A DNA stretch of 64,000 nucleotides from Gloeobacterales cyanobacterium (lineage in GTDB: Bacteria; Cyanobacteriota; Cyanobacteriia; Gloeobacterales; PMM-0068), in contig JBBRSB010000028.1 in NCBI GenBank assembly GCA_038245785.1, positions 1 to 64,000 of the forward strand, written 5' to 3'. The notes beneath the pieces are model-generated. The model did no database searches, was not told the DNA's origin, and saw only the letters and a program-made list of their open reading frames with translations. Position numbers and translations under genes: made by a program. This document shows, piece by piece, positions 48,514 through 60,408 of the stretch. The first letter of the stretch is position 1. Each line of letters opens with the position of its first letter.

Positions 48514-50451
48514 TTAGCGTACCCGCTCACCAATATTTTCAAACAACAAGTTGGCAGCACCCTGAATGCGCTCCAAAGGAGCGATTGAACGAGGGAGCAC
48601 AGGCAGGTGAATAATCGTCTTTTGAGGAAACAGTTGAGGGTCTACAGAGGCTTGCTCTTGATAGCGATTATGAACCGTATATCGTTGAGAAATATTAAGA
48701 TTGTCTACGGTTTCAATCAGTCTTTTCGTTTCCGCAAGAATGACGGCTTGTGCCTGGAAGACACTGATAAACTCGGTATGATTATTAGCTTTTAGATTCT
48801 TCTGGACCCGCAATACTTGCTGACGTAAGGTTCTTAAACGACTCATCAAATCCGTGTAATCGAGCACGTCTTGATATTTCATCCATAGCTTGAAAATCCA
48901 CCCCAGCCAATCTCCCAAGGCATTCGGAATTTCTAGAAAACGCAATAAATGACCCGTGGGCGCGGTGTCGAGGACAATCAAATCCTGCTCTTGCTTCTCC
49001 AGAAGCTCCATCACCGTCACTAAAGCCAAGACTTCATCAATACCCGGCAAGGCTTGCGAAACAATAGTTCGCCAAGCTTGGGGGCCATAGGCAATCGTTA
49101 CTCCACCCGTATCTTTGCCACCGCTCATCATTTCTGCCAATTCCCAGAGATAGTCTTGGCGGAATTTTTCTAGAATTGCTTTGCTGTCCACTTCTTGAGC
49201 ACTTAAATTATCGGTAATCACGGTGGCTTCATGGCTTAATTTTTGGCCTAGTGCATCTCCTAAAGAATGGGCAGGATCGATAGAAATAGCACGTATCTTT
49301 TTATCAGGATGACTCTGGGCAATACCCCAAGCAATACTGGCTGCTACGGTCGTTTTACCAACGCCGCCCTTGCCCCCCAGGATGATTAACTTGTAGCCTT
49401 CACTAAGAAAATCAGGAAAACCTGGTAGGACTTTTTGAGGCCAGTGGACAAGGGTTGCTTTTGGATGGAGGGCAATCGGTGAAATTTGGGGAAGTTGTAT
49501 ACCCGCAATTATTGTATCCAGGGCTTCCGAACCTATCGGTTCTTTTGCTTGCTGAGGAACGAGGAATAAAGGTCTTTTCTCGGCAAGGATGATGAACTGC
49601 TTAATCAGCGCTTCTTGCTCTTGATATCTATCTAAATCATTTTTTTCAGCAAGGATGCGATTAACAAACAGTCCACCGCGAGGAATCTTTAGATCCTCTA
49701 AGGCGACTAGGAAACGCTGAGTCTCTAGAAAACTCATCGGCTCTGCTATCGCTACGACTAAACAAGCGGTGTGGACAGGATTTTGCAGCAGGCTTCTAGA
49801 GGATGCTAGATCTTGCTTCATCATCGCAATAAAGGCATCTGCTTCATCCTCGATATCTCTCTTTGTGAAAGAACGCTGGATAACCCGATGTTTTTCTTGG
49901 AATAGACTGAGGGCTTCTAAAAAGTTATCTAAAAAGTCCATCAGGCCAAATAGATTCAGCGTATGACCACTGGGAGCCATATCGACTACAATTCGGTCTA
50001 TATTTTCTTCTTTGAGCAATCGCTGTATTTCTAAGATAGCCATCAGCTCATCCAGGCCAGGCCAGCTTAAATCCCAAACGGGAGCCAAATCTTTTCCTTC
50101 CACAAAGCTGCCGCGCTCTACTAGGAGTTCCAGTGTTTTTCCATAGCGGTCTTTAAATTCTTCAAGGAGGGCTTCTGCATCTAAAGCTCTGACCGAGAGA
50201 TTGGCTAAATCGGGAAGGCTCTTGGCTTCATTGTCTACTTCCAGCTTGAGAACGTCCCCCAGAGAATGAGCTGGATCGGTCGAAATTAAAAGGATTTTTT
50301 GGTCAGGAAACTGTTTTGCCCAGTGTCGAGCAAAGCCACAGGAAAGGGTTGTTTTACCGACACCCCCCTTTCCACTGAATAAAGCAAGATGAAGTGCATC
50401 ATAGGAATGCATCGAAAACGGTTGAGCTGGCGCGTGTTGTGTATGGGTCAT
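48514..50451 (-). CDS. ArsA/GET3-family ATPase with two nucleotide-binding domains
   Basis: Two GKGGVGKTT and two DPAHSLGD motifs; DMAPSGH and DTAPTGH. Confidence 0.92.
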   Translation of the reverse strand: MTHTQHAPAQPFSMHSYDALHLALFSGKGGVGKTTLSCGFARHWAKQFPDQKILLISTDPAHSLGDVLKLEVDNEAKSLPDLANLSVRALDAEALLEEFKDRYGKTLELLVERGSFVEGKDLAPVWDLSWPGLDELMAILEIQRLLKEENIDRIVVDMAPSGHTLNLFGLMDFLDNFLEALSLFQEKHRVIQRSFTKRDIEDEADAFIAMMKQDLASSRSLLQNPVHTACLVVAIAEPMSFLETQRFLVALEDLKIPRGGLFVNRILAEKNDLDRYQEQEALIKQFIILAEKRPLFLVPQQAKEPIGSEALDTIIAGIQLPQISPIALHPKATLVHWPQKVLPGFPDFLSEGYKLIILGGKGGVGKTTVAASIAWGIAQSHPDKKIRAISIDPAHSLGDALGQKLSHEATVITDNLSAQEVDSKAILEKFRQDYLWELAEMMSGGKDTGGVTIAYGPQAWRTIVSQALPGIDEVLALVTVMELLEKQEQDLIVLDTAPTGHLLRFLEIPNALGDWLGWIFKLWMKYQDVLDYTDLMSRLRTLRQQVLRVQKNLKANNHTEFISVFQAQAVILAETKRLIETVDNLNISQRYTVHNRYQEQASVDPQLFPQKTIIHLPVLPRSIAPLERIQGAANLLFENIGERVR

Positions 50452-50499
50452 TTCAAGGGAACTCTAGAGGGCGTACACACGGGACAACGAGACAAACGG

Positions 50500-52341
50500 A
50501 TGAGTGAACTATTCAAAGGCTTTGCAGAACTATTGGAACTCGCCAAGACACTGGAAGAAAAACTCGATAGTGGAGAACTTAAAGCCGATTTCCAAATTAA
50601 TTCTCGCCGCCTAGATAGTATTCCCCGCCAAGGCAATATGCCTAGCAATATCGGTACGAGTCGTATCCGTCCCAGTTCCCCCGATGTTTCTACCCCCGTA
50701 GATGTGCCCGTAACAGCGCCCTCTTCCGCTCAAACGGGTCAAGCGTCCCAGTCTGGCCCAACGGTATCCCTCAAGGATGTGGGCGGTATTTCTGAGGTCC
50801 TTAGAGAACTGAAAGAACTGGTAGAAATGCCTCTCAAACGCCCAGACCTCTTGGAGAGAATGGGCTTAGAGCCTCCCCGTGGCGTGCTTTTGGTCGGCCC
50901 TCCTGGTACGGGGAAGACTTTGACTGCCAGAGCCTTGGCTGAAGAATTGGGCGTCAACTATATCGCTATCGTCGGTCCGGAAGTGATTGGCAAGTACTAC
51001 GGTGAAGGGGAAGCGAAACTCAGAGCGATTTTTGAAAAAGCGACCCGTTCTGCACCCTGTCTGATTTTTATTGATGAGATTGATAGCCTTGCCCCAGACC
51101 GGAGCAAGGTGGAAGGAGAAGTGGAAAAGCGTTCCGTCGCCCAGCTTTTGGGCCTGATGGATGGCTTTGCCCAAACTAAAGGGGTAATTGTCCTCGCAGC
51201 CACCAATCGCCCAGACCATATAGACCCTGCCCTGCGTCGCCCCGGACGTTTTGACCGAGAAATCCGCTTTGGCGTACCGGACCGCAAAGGACGCCTGGAA
51301 ATTCTTCAAATCATGACCCGTGCCATGCCTCTGGATAGTTCGGTCAACTTGGACATGGTGGCCGATTTAGCTGTCGGTTTTGTTGGAGCCGATTTAAAGT
51401 CTCTTTGTCAAAAAGCAGCCTATACCGCTCTACGCCGTCAGGTTCCCTCCCTGGAGAGTCCTTTGCCTGAGGTAATGACGATTACGCATCCAGACTTTAT
51501 GCAAGCCCTCAAGGACATCAAACCTTCCTCGCTCCGTTCCGTGGAAATTGAGTCGCCTAACATTACCTGGGACCAAATTGGTGGCCTGGAATCGATTAAG
51601 CAGACCCTCCAAGAATCGGTAGAAGGAGCTTTGCTCAATCCAGAACTCTATCTGCGCACGGGAGCTAAAGCGCCACGGGGAATTCTGCTTTGGGGACCTC
51701 CTGGCACAGGCAAAACCTTGTTGGCGAAAGCGGTTGCTTCTCAAGCACGGGCCAACTTCATTGGGATCAATGGCCCGGAACTGCTCAGCCGTTGGGTCGG
51801 AGCTTCTGAACAAGCGGTACGAGAAGTCTTTGCTAAAGCGCGTCAGGCTACACCCTGCGTTATTTTTATTGATGAACTGGATACGCTGGCTCCTGGACGG
51901 GGCCGCTATGACGGAGATTCTGGGGTCAGTGACCGGGTGGTCGGTCAGCTCCTCACCGAACTGGACGGGGTGGAAGATTGTCCTGGGGTGCTGCTGATTG
52001 GAGCCACCAACCGGCCTGATGCCTTAGATCCTGCGCTGCTGAGAGCCGGAAGATTGGACATCCAACTGAAAGTGGACCTGCCTGATGAGCATAGCCGCCT
52101 GGCAATCCTACAGGTTCACAACCAGGGTCGTCCGCTGGAGAACGTAGACCTGGCTACTTGGGCCAACCAAACGGAAGGCTGGAATGGAGCAGACCTCGCG
52201 CTGTTCAGCAATCAAGCCGCTTTGAATGCCATCCGCAACTATCGTGCTCAAGGATTGGTAGATCCTTCCACAATTCTTATCAGCAATGATGACTTTGCTG
52301 CAGCCTATGCCGCTCTGATGATTCAGCGCCAGTCTTACTGA
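50500..52341 (+). CDS. CDC48/p97-like double AAA+ ATPase
   Basis: Two GPPGTGKT motifs, IDE Walker B, RRPGRFDRE; start set at ATG 50500. Confidence 0.92.
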   Translation: MSELFKGFAELLELAKTLEEKLDSGELKADFQINSRRLDSIPRQGNMPSNIGTSRIRPSSPDVSTPVDVPVTAPSSAQTGQASQSGPTVSLKDVGGISEVLRELKELVEMPLKRPDLLERMGLEPPRGVLLVGPPGTGKTLTARALAEELGVNYIAIVGPEVIGKYYGEGEAKLRAIFEKATRSAPCLIFIDEIDSLAPDRSKVEGEVEKRSVAQLLGLMDGFAQTKGVIVLAATNRPDHIDPALRRPGRFDREIRFGVPDRKGRLEILQIMTRAMPLDSSVNLDMVADLAVGFVGADLKSLCQKAAYTALRRQVPSLESPLPEVMTITHPDFMQALKDIKPSSLRSVEIESPNITWDQIGGLESIKQTLQESVEGALLNPELYLRTGAKAPRGILLWGPPGTGKTLLAKAVASQARANFIGINGPELLSRWVGASEQAVREVFAKARQATPCVIFIDELDTLAPGRGRYDGDSGVSDRVVGQLLTELDGVEDCPGVLLIGATNRPDALDPALLRAGRLDIQLKVDLPDEHSRLAILQVHNQGRPLENVDLATWANQTEGWNGADLALFSNQAALNAIRNYRAQGLVDPSTILISNDDFAAAYAALMIQRQSY

Positions 52342-52417
52342 AGCTTTAGAGCTTGACCGTCCCTGCTTTAGAGCCTACCGCGTACACCCAAGTCAAAGCC
52401 AACTCCAATCTTCATCT

Positions 52418-52504
52418 GAACCGCCCTCTAAATCCTCCAGAATTGGGGGACTTTGAGCACAGAACCCCCCAAGGTTGGGGGGCAGGGGGGCGATCCCAAG
52501 ATCC
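52418..52504. repeat. Dispersed GC-rich hairpin repeat (insert-free copy)
   Basis: Reverse complement matches 9364-9492 without the inserts. Confidence 0.75.
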
Positions 52505-52742
52505 GCACAACCTTCTCTATCCAGGGAAGGTTGCTTTTTGGCTATTCATCTGGGATGCTCGACTTCTCGCAAAATCTAAAGTTGCTACGTTGAGAAAAGC
52601 ATCCCCTCTATCAGGAGATGTAGGCTCTTGGAGATCACTGCTATTTTCAAGCACCGAACTCGACCGAGGTGTTTCGACGAGAGGAGGTCACTTGCTGCTA
52701 CGACAAAACCAGCACTGGGTTCACACACAGTCTCAGAATTTC

Positions 52743-52824
52743 TGGGCGGTGTTGGGTTCGAACCAACGGTGGGTTTCCCCGACGGATTATGAGCCCGCTG
52801 CCATAACCACTCGGCCAACCGCCC
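52743..52824 (-). tRNA. trnI-CAU: tRNA with CAT anticodon, probably tRNA-Ile2 (lysidine), with long variable arm
   Basis: Cloverleaf: GGGCGGT/ACCGCCC acceptor stem, D-loop AGTGGTTA, loop CTCATAA, GTTGG-TTCGAAC-CCAAC T-arm; G1:C72 so not initiator; CCA not encoded. Confidence 0.88.
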
Positions 52825-53010
52825 ATCAGAAGCCTATTATATGCGCCCTAGAGGCACCTTTTTATGCGATATAGCACAAATCGTAGGCAGTTTTTACGCT
52901 CCGTTTTGTAGCATCCTTACCCTCCAAGCTCTTTTTGAATAAGCTAGCCTGGAGTCAATTAGCGTGTTCTTAAAGAGAAATAGGCTGTAAATGAAGGAAA
53001 TTCCGTAGTT

Positions 53011-54492
53011 ATGTCTCATGATTTGATTCTGATTCTCTTGATCGCAAACAACCTTGCTGCACTGTGGCTCTTTTGCTACGGTATCAACGCCTATTGGTTG
53101 GTCTGGCGAAGACATCAGGGACCCAACCAAGTCCCCCCACAGCCCTCAGAGTGGCCTCTGGTGACGGTACAGTTGCCGATCTACAACGAATACTATGTAG
53201 CCCAGCGATTGCTCCAGTCCGTAGCTGGCCTGGACTACCCACGAGACCGCCTACAAATCCAAGTCTTGGATGATTCCACAGACCAGACCCAATTTTTGCT
53301 TCAGGACATGGTAACAAATCTTAAAGACGAAGGATTTCAGGTACAGTATCTCCATCGTCAGGACCGCAAGGGCTATAAGGCAGGCGCTCTAGCAGAGGGG
53401 ACGCACCAAGCAAGCGGGGAATTTATTGCTATTTTCGATGCGGATTTTCTTCCTTCTAGTTCTTGGTTGAAAGAGACATTACCTCATTTTCAAGACCCCC
53501 AGACAGGAGCCGTGCAGACCCGCTGGGGCCATATCAATACCGATTATTCTCTGCTGACACGCCTACAAGCCTTGGGTATTGATGGACATTTCAATGTAGA
53601 ACAGCAGGCCCGCTCCCGTAATAACTATTTTTTGAATTTCAATGGCACTGCTGGTATTTGGCGCAAAGAAGCGATTCTCGATGGTGGAAATTGGCAAAGC
53701 GATACCTTAGCTGAAGACATGGACCTCAGCTATCGGGTCCAATTACAGGGTTGGCGTCTCCAGTACGTCAATGAAGTCGTGGCCCCTGCAGAATTGCCGG
53801 TAGCGATCAATGCTTATAAGCTCCAACAATGCCGTTGGGCGAAGGGCAGTATTCAATGTGCGCGTAAATTGCTAGGGTCTGTGCTTTGGAGTCGCAGACC
53901 TGTGTTGCAAAAGATTCAAGCTTTGCTGCACCTTACAGGTTATGCTGTCCATCCTTTGATGGTGGTGATTCTACTTCTATCCTGGCCTTTACTAACTGTA
54001 GACTGGGTTCCCCAACATCCCTTAAGTATCGTTTGGGGAATCTTGATGGTCCCGGCGACGTTTGGCCCGCCTCTTTTGTATGCCACAGCCCAACGAGACC
54101 TGCATCCAAAATCTTGGATCAAACAATTGGGCACCATAGTTTTGCTGGCAGTATTGGGCACGGGAATTTCTCTATCTAATACCAGAGCCGTATTTTCTGC
54201 CCTGTTTAACCCTACGTCTACATTTCGACGGACCCCAAAGTTTGATATCCGCAATCGCTCAGACCGCTGGCAAGACAAACGCTATGTCCTTACCCTCGAT
54301 CCCGTGACTTTCGGTGAATTATTTCTATGCTGGTACGCTTTTCAGGCTGCTAGTTTGGCTTGGGAACTTCATGCTTACGGGGTACTCCCTTTTCTTATGC
54401 TTTACCTATTCGGCTATGGCTATGTAGGCGGTCTGACCCTCTATCAACAATGGCAACAGTATCGTCAAAGTTATTCTGCCTCTAGGGTATGA
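53011..54492 (+). CDS. GT2 processive glycosyltransferase (cellulose-synthase-like)
   Basis: QLPIYNE, DDS, KAGAL, FDADF, AED and QQCRWAKG (QxxRW) motifs. Confidence 0.92.
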   Translation: MSHDLILILLIANNLAALWLFCYGINAYWLVWRRHQGPNQVPPQPSEWPLVTVQLPIYNEYYVAQRLLQSVAGLDYPRDRLQIQVLDDSTDQTQFLLQDMVTNLKDEGFQVQYLHRQDRKGYKAGALAEGTHQASGEFIAIFDADFLPSSSWLKETLPHFQDPQTGAVQTRWGHINTDYSLLTRLQALGIDGHFNVEQQARSRNNYFLNFNGTAGIWRKEAILDGGNWQSDTLAEDMDLSYRVQLQGWRLQYVNEVVAPAELPVAINAYKLQQCRWAKGSIQCARKLLGSVLWSRRPVLQKIQALLHLTGYAVHPLMVVILLLSWPLLTVDWVPQHPLSIVWGILMVPATFGPPLLYATAQRDLHPKSWIKQLGTIVLLAVLGTGISLSNTRAVFSALFNPTSTFRRTPKFDIRNRSDRWQDKRYVLTLDPVTFGELFLCWYAFQAASLAWELHAYGVLPFLMLYLFGYGYVGGLTLYQQWQQYRQSYSASRV

Positions 54493-54580
54493 CCCCTCAC
54501 TCCCGGAGGGACTGAGCGATTGTGTTGAGAGTCAAGGGCTTGAACCCTTAAATCCCCTCTTCGGCCAGCTCAGCCATCTT

Positions 54581-54712
<132 letters not shown>

Positions 54713-54953
54713 TTAGTGGCCCCTGAGCCGTGTCGAAGGGCTACATCAATCCCGACCCAAATTTGGCTCATGGGTGGATCTCCAACGTGGTAAGCAGGCA
54801 GTCCCGGTCAAGACCCGCCCTTGCTCATACGGAGTTATGGTCCCAAGCGCCTGTACGGATTCCAGAGGGAGTAAGCGGCAACCTAGGCTTAGTCACGATA
54901 TCCAGCATCTAAGAGTCGTCGGTTTACCGCTCACGCTCAACATATAAGGGGTT

Positions 54954-57029
<2,076 letters not shown>

Positions 57030-57118
57030 TTAGAATGCTCTTCATTCTCATGCCCACTAACCCTGCCTGTTCCTCTGCGGATTCATGAGTGATTTATCTG
57101 CGTTTGTCTATGACTTTT

Positions 57119-58102
57119 TCACACGTTCCCCTGGACAGAACCCTGAACCCGCTGACCAAAGGTGAGCGATAGGGTCACTGCTTGATAACCAGAAGGGAGC
57201 GGTGCAAAGGGAGCGCTCTGCTGGATGGTTTCCATAGCGCTGCTGTTTGCATCTGGATCGTCACTTTGCTGAACCACCTGGGTATTGGTGATTTCACCGC
57301 TTTGGTTGAGCGTTACTCGGAGAATCGGTACCGTTCCAGCCCTGCCCCTGATTGGATTCCAGGTCCGATTGAGGCGCTGAATCGTTTCTTCACTAAAGAT
57401 ACTTAGGGCTTTCGCATCCCGTCTAGGTGAGCCCTGTTCTCCCACCCCTTGCACTAGAGGGGAAGCATCTGATTCCTGCGTCGGATCTTGAGATTGCCTT
57501 TCCGCTAATACCCCTTGTTGGCCTTTTTGGGCTGCCAAGGTCTCTGGTTGCGAAGAGATCGTTGGTTCGATTGGTTCTGAAGTGGGAGCAGTCTCTTTGA
57601 CAGAGGACCGAGCTGGAGGCGTGTAGGGTTTGGCTGGCCGCTTAAAGGGTTGAGATTTTAGGTCTGCACTGGCTGTAGTCGATTTACTGCTAGTAGAAGG
57701 ACTTGGGACAGAAGGGCGAGGAATGAGCGCAGAAAGATTCGCGGAACCTCCGAAGAGTTTGTAGCCAAGCCAGAATCCAGCGAAAGCGACCCCGACCAAG
57801 GAGACAGCATAGAGTAAATAGTTGCTGGCGAGAGGAGCGGGTTTGAAGTCTTGCCTTTGTCTAGCTTGACTTTGTTTAGCAGGGGAAGACTTTTGTTGCT
57901 GGCGATCGTAATGAGCGCGTTTTTTTGAATCAGAAAGCACTTCATAAGCCTGTTGGAGACGTTCTTTATGATTCCCCGAATCGGCCTCTGCATTGGACAG
58001 AATGCGATAGGCACCCCGGATCTCCGCCATGCTGGAATCTGGCGGTACCCCTAATATTTGGTAGAGGTCTTCATTTTTCTCGTCTTTCTGGTCAGGCAAC
58101 AT
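57119..58102 (-). CDS. J-like domain + TM + TonB/TolA C-terminal domain protein
   Basis: LYQILGV..AYEVLSD..R.HYD; TM helix; C-terminal ..SDDP..AMETIQQSAPFAPLP. Confidence 0.75.
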   Translation of the reverse strand: MLPDQKDEKNEDLYQILGVPPDSSMAEIRGAYRILSNAEADSGNHKERLQQAYEVLSDSKKRAHYDRQQQKSSPAKQSQARQRQDFKPAPLASNYLLYAVSLVGVAFAGFWLGYKLFGGSANLSALIPRPSVPSPSTSSKSTTASADLKSQPFKRPAKPYTPPARSSVKETAPTSEPIEPTISSQPETLAAQKGQQGVLAERQSQDPTQESDASPLVQGVGEQGSPRRDAKALSIFSEETIQRLNRTWNPIRGRAGTVPILRVTLNQSGEITNTQVVQQSDDPDANSSAMETIQQSAPFAPLPSGYQAVTLSLTFGQRVQGSVQGNV

Positions 58103-58185
58103 CCACAGCCACTCCTCGTCAAAATCGCTTGGGTCCTATCTCTATCTCAGAATACCAAGATACTGGAGAGGAACCCTGATAAACC

Positions 58186-59538
58186 TCAACCCCCGGCATG
58201 CTGCAGAGAAAGCGGTAAACGGTCATTCCGGACCAAATCTTCCAGACTCTCTCGTTGAAGAACTAGCTGCGATTCTCCATTCTTGACCAGGACTGCTGCA
58301 GGACGAGCAATCCGATTGTAGTTGGAAGCCATGGCGTAGTTGTAGGCTCCAGTTCCATAGACTGCCAAAATATCTCCTGGTTCCGTTGGTGCTAGGGATA
58401 CATCTTTAAGCAGGATGTCACCGGACTCACAGTGCTTGCCTGCCACGGTAACGATCTGTTTGTCAGGATGATTCATCTTGTTGGCAACTACGGCGGTGTA
58501 CTGAGCCTGATAGGTAATCGGGCGCGGATTATCCGACATTCCTCCATCTACTGAGATATAGGTCCTCACTTCTGGCACAACCTTGGTCGCTCCCAAGGTG
58601 TATGCGGTCACACAGCAGGAGCCAACCAGCGACCGTCCAGGTTCAGCAATAATTTTTGGAAGGGGAACCCGAGCCTCGCGGCAAGCCTCAACCACCCCTG
58701 CACAGACGGTCTGTACCCATGCATCAATGCTCGGCGGATCGTCTTGCTCCGTATAGCAGATACCTAAGCCCCCTCCGACGTTTAGTTCTGAAAAGGGCAG
58801 TCCAAAAGCTAACCCTTTGGCAAACCACTCCACCAAGACAGGGCCGATATCCTGATGAGGAGTGAGTTCAAAAATTTGAGAGCCAATATGGGCATGGATG
58901 CCAATCGCGCTGAGCGCCGGAGTTTGGGCAAGAAATTCAAAAACCGCAGGTACATCCTGCGGATCAAACCCGAATTTGCTATCTAGATGTCCGGTGCGTA
59001 TGTATTCGTGGGTGTGGCATTCAATCCCTGGTGTAATCCTAAGCATCACCCTCGGCTGAACTTCTTTATCGTCTGCTAGCTGAGTCAGGGTGTGTAGGTC
59101 TTGCCAGTTGTCGGCAACTACGGTTACCCCGTAGTCCAGAGCCATCTCTAGATCTTGTAGAGATTTGTTATTGCCGTGGAAATAAATGTTTTCAGTATCA
59201 GCCCCGGCGCGAATAGCCGTGTATAGTTCACCCGCCGACACAACATCGATGCCCAAACCTTCGTGCTGGACAATGGCATCGATGGCGAGCATATTCCAGG
59301 CTTTGGAGGCAAAGATAGCTAAAGATTCAGCAGGATAGTGACGTCGAAAGGCTTCTCGGTATTGGTGGCAGGCTTCTCGGAGCGTGATTTCATCAATAAT
59401 GTAGAGCGGGCTTCCGTACTGCGTAACCAATGAAGGAACATCACACCCCCCAATCTCCAAATGCCCTTGGGCATTGGTCTTGGCTGTCAGGGGAGCAATT
59501 TCTTGATTGGGGGAAGGGAAGGAACTAGGAACACTCAT
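58186..59538 (-). CDS. lysA: Diaminopimelate decarboxylase
   Basis: ASKA, HIGSQI, EPGRS, CESGD and GAY..MASNYN motifs. Confidence 0.97.
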   Translation of the reverse strand: MSVPSSFPSPNQEIAPLTAKTNAQGHLEIGGCDVPSLVTQYGSPLYIIDEITLREACHQYREAFRRHYPAESLAIFASKAWNMLAIDAIVQHEGLGIDVVSAGELYTAIRAGADTENIYFHGNNKSLQDLEMALDYGVTVVADNWQDLHTLTQLADDKEVQPRVMLRITPGIECHTHEYIRTGHLDSKFGFDPQDVPAVFEFLAQTPALSAIGIHAHIGSQIFELTPHQDIGPVLVEWFAKGLAFGLPFSELNVGGGLGICYTEQDDPPSIDAWVQTVCAGVVEACREARVPLPKIIAEPGRSLVGSCCVTAYTLGATKVVPEVRTYISVDGGMSDNPRPITYQAQYTAVVANKMNHPDKQIVTVAGKHCESGDILLKDVSLAPTEPGDILAVYGTGAYNYAMASNYNRIARPAAVLVKNGESQLVLQRESLEDLVRNDRLPLSLQHAGG

Positions 59539-59587
59539 ATTTGCATCAGAAAGATTTTATTCCTCCTGATCTTACTCCTCTGCTTAA

Positions 59588-59914
59588 CTACTCAACTCGA
59601 TTAAATTCAGACGAGAAGGCATGAAGAGGGAGAGAGAATAGGGAAGAAAACGTAAATATCGAGCAGAGTGCGCAGGTAGACCGAGCCAAACGGATCAAAT
59701 GCACCGAATCATGGGGAATATGGCTTTGACTAAACCAAGCCAGACAATATACGGTCCAGCAAGCAAAGGTCATCATCAACAGCGTATGGCGGTCTCCATC
59801 TTTCTCTGGCAACCACAGCAACAAGGCTATGCCGGATAAACAAGCGACCAAAGCAACAAGATTCAATAATCCTCGCCAATCAAAACTATTGAGAACAAGG
59901 GTAGCCTCTGACAT
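59588..59914 (-). CDS. Hypothetical membrane protein
   Basis: Three hydrophobic segments; GGGG SD. Confidence 0.6.
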   Translation of the reverse strand: MSEATLVLNSFDWRGLLNLVALVACLSGIALLLWLPEKDGDRHTLLMMTFACWTVYCLAWFSQSHIPHDSVHLIRLARSTCALCSIFTFSSLFSLPLHAFSSEFNRVE

Positions 59915-60124
59915 CTAAAACCCCCTCTAGCAGACTTTTATTCAGTAAAGTTCTTGTTAGTGTACAGAGGCTATTGCTTTCTGAATTTAAAAAATTGTTG
60001 CTTACTTTTTCCTGAAAAATGCTCCGTTTTGGGCCCTGATCCCCAGTGCATAAGGCTCTGGGGAAATGTGAAGAAGCATTGAAGAAAATAAAGAAAGATT
60101 ACCCTTACCCCTTAATTCCTGCCG

Positions 60125-60380
60125 CAGGACGCCCCCCTGCCCAACTTTGGGGGGCAGGGCTGATTCATTCTCCTGAGTCTTGAACCCCTCAGGCCCTTAA
60201 GGGGAGCTGGCCCGCAAGGGCCTGAGGGGTTCAAGACTCAAAAAGTCCCTCAGCATACCCTGTGCCTTCGGCAAGCTTCGCTAACAGCAGGCTGTCTACT
60301 TACAGAGACGCTACGCGAACGCCAACGGGAAGCTCCGCTATGGGGGATTTAGGCTTCCCTGAGCGTCAGCCGAACAGGAG
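60125..60380. repeat. Composite nested repeat with 25-bp perfect inverted repeat
   Basis: Inverted repeat 60174-60198 / 60216-60240; shares blocks with 85-262. Confidence 0.8.
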
Positions 60381-60408
60381 CGCATCAACGCAGGCGAGAG
60401 ACAGCAAA

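Noticed and set aside
52743..52770. tRNA as attachment site of an integrated island
   Set aside because: No integrase and no duplicated tRNA 3' end found in the window
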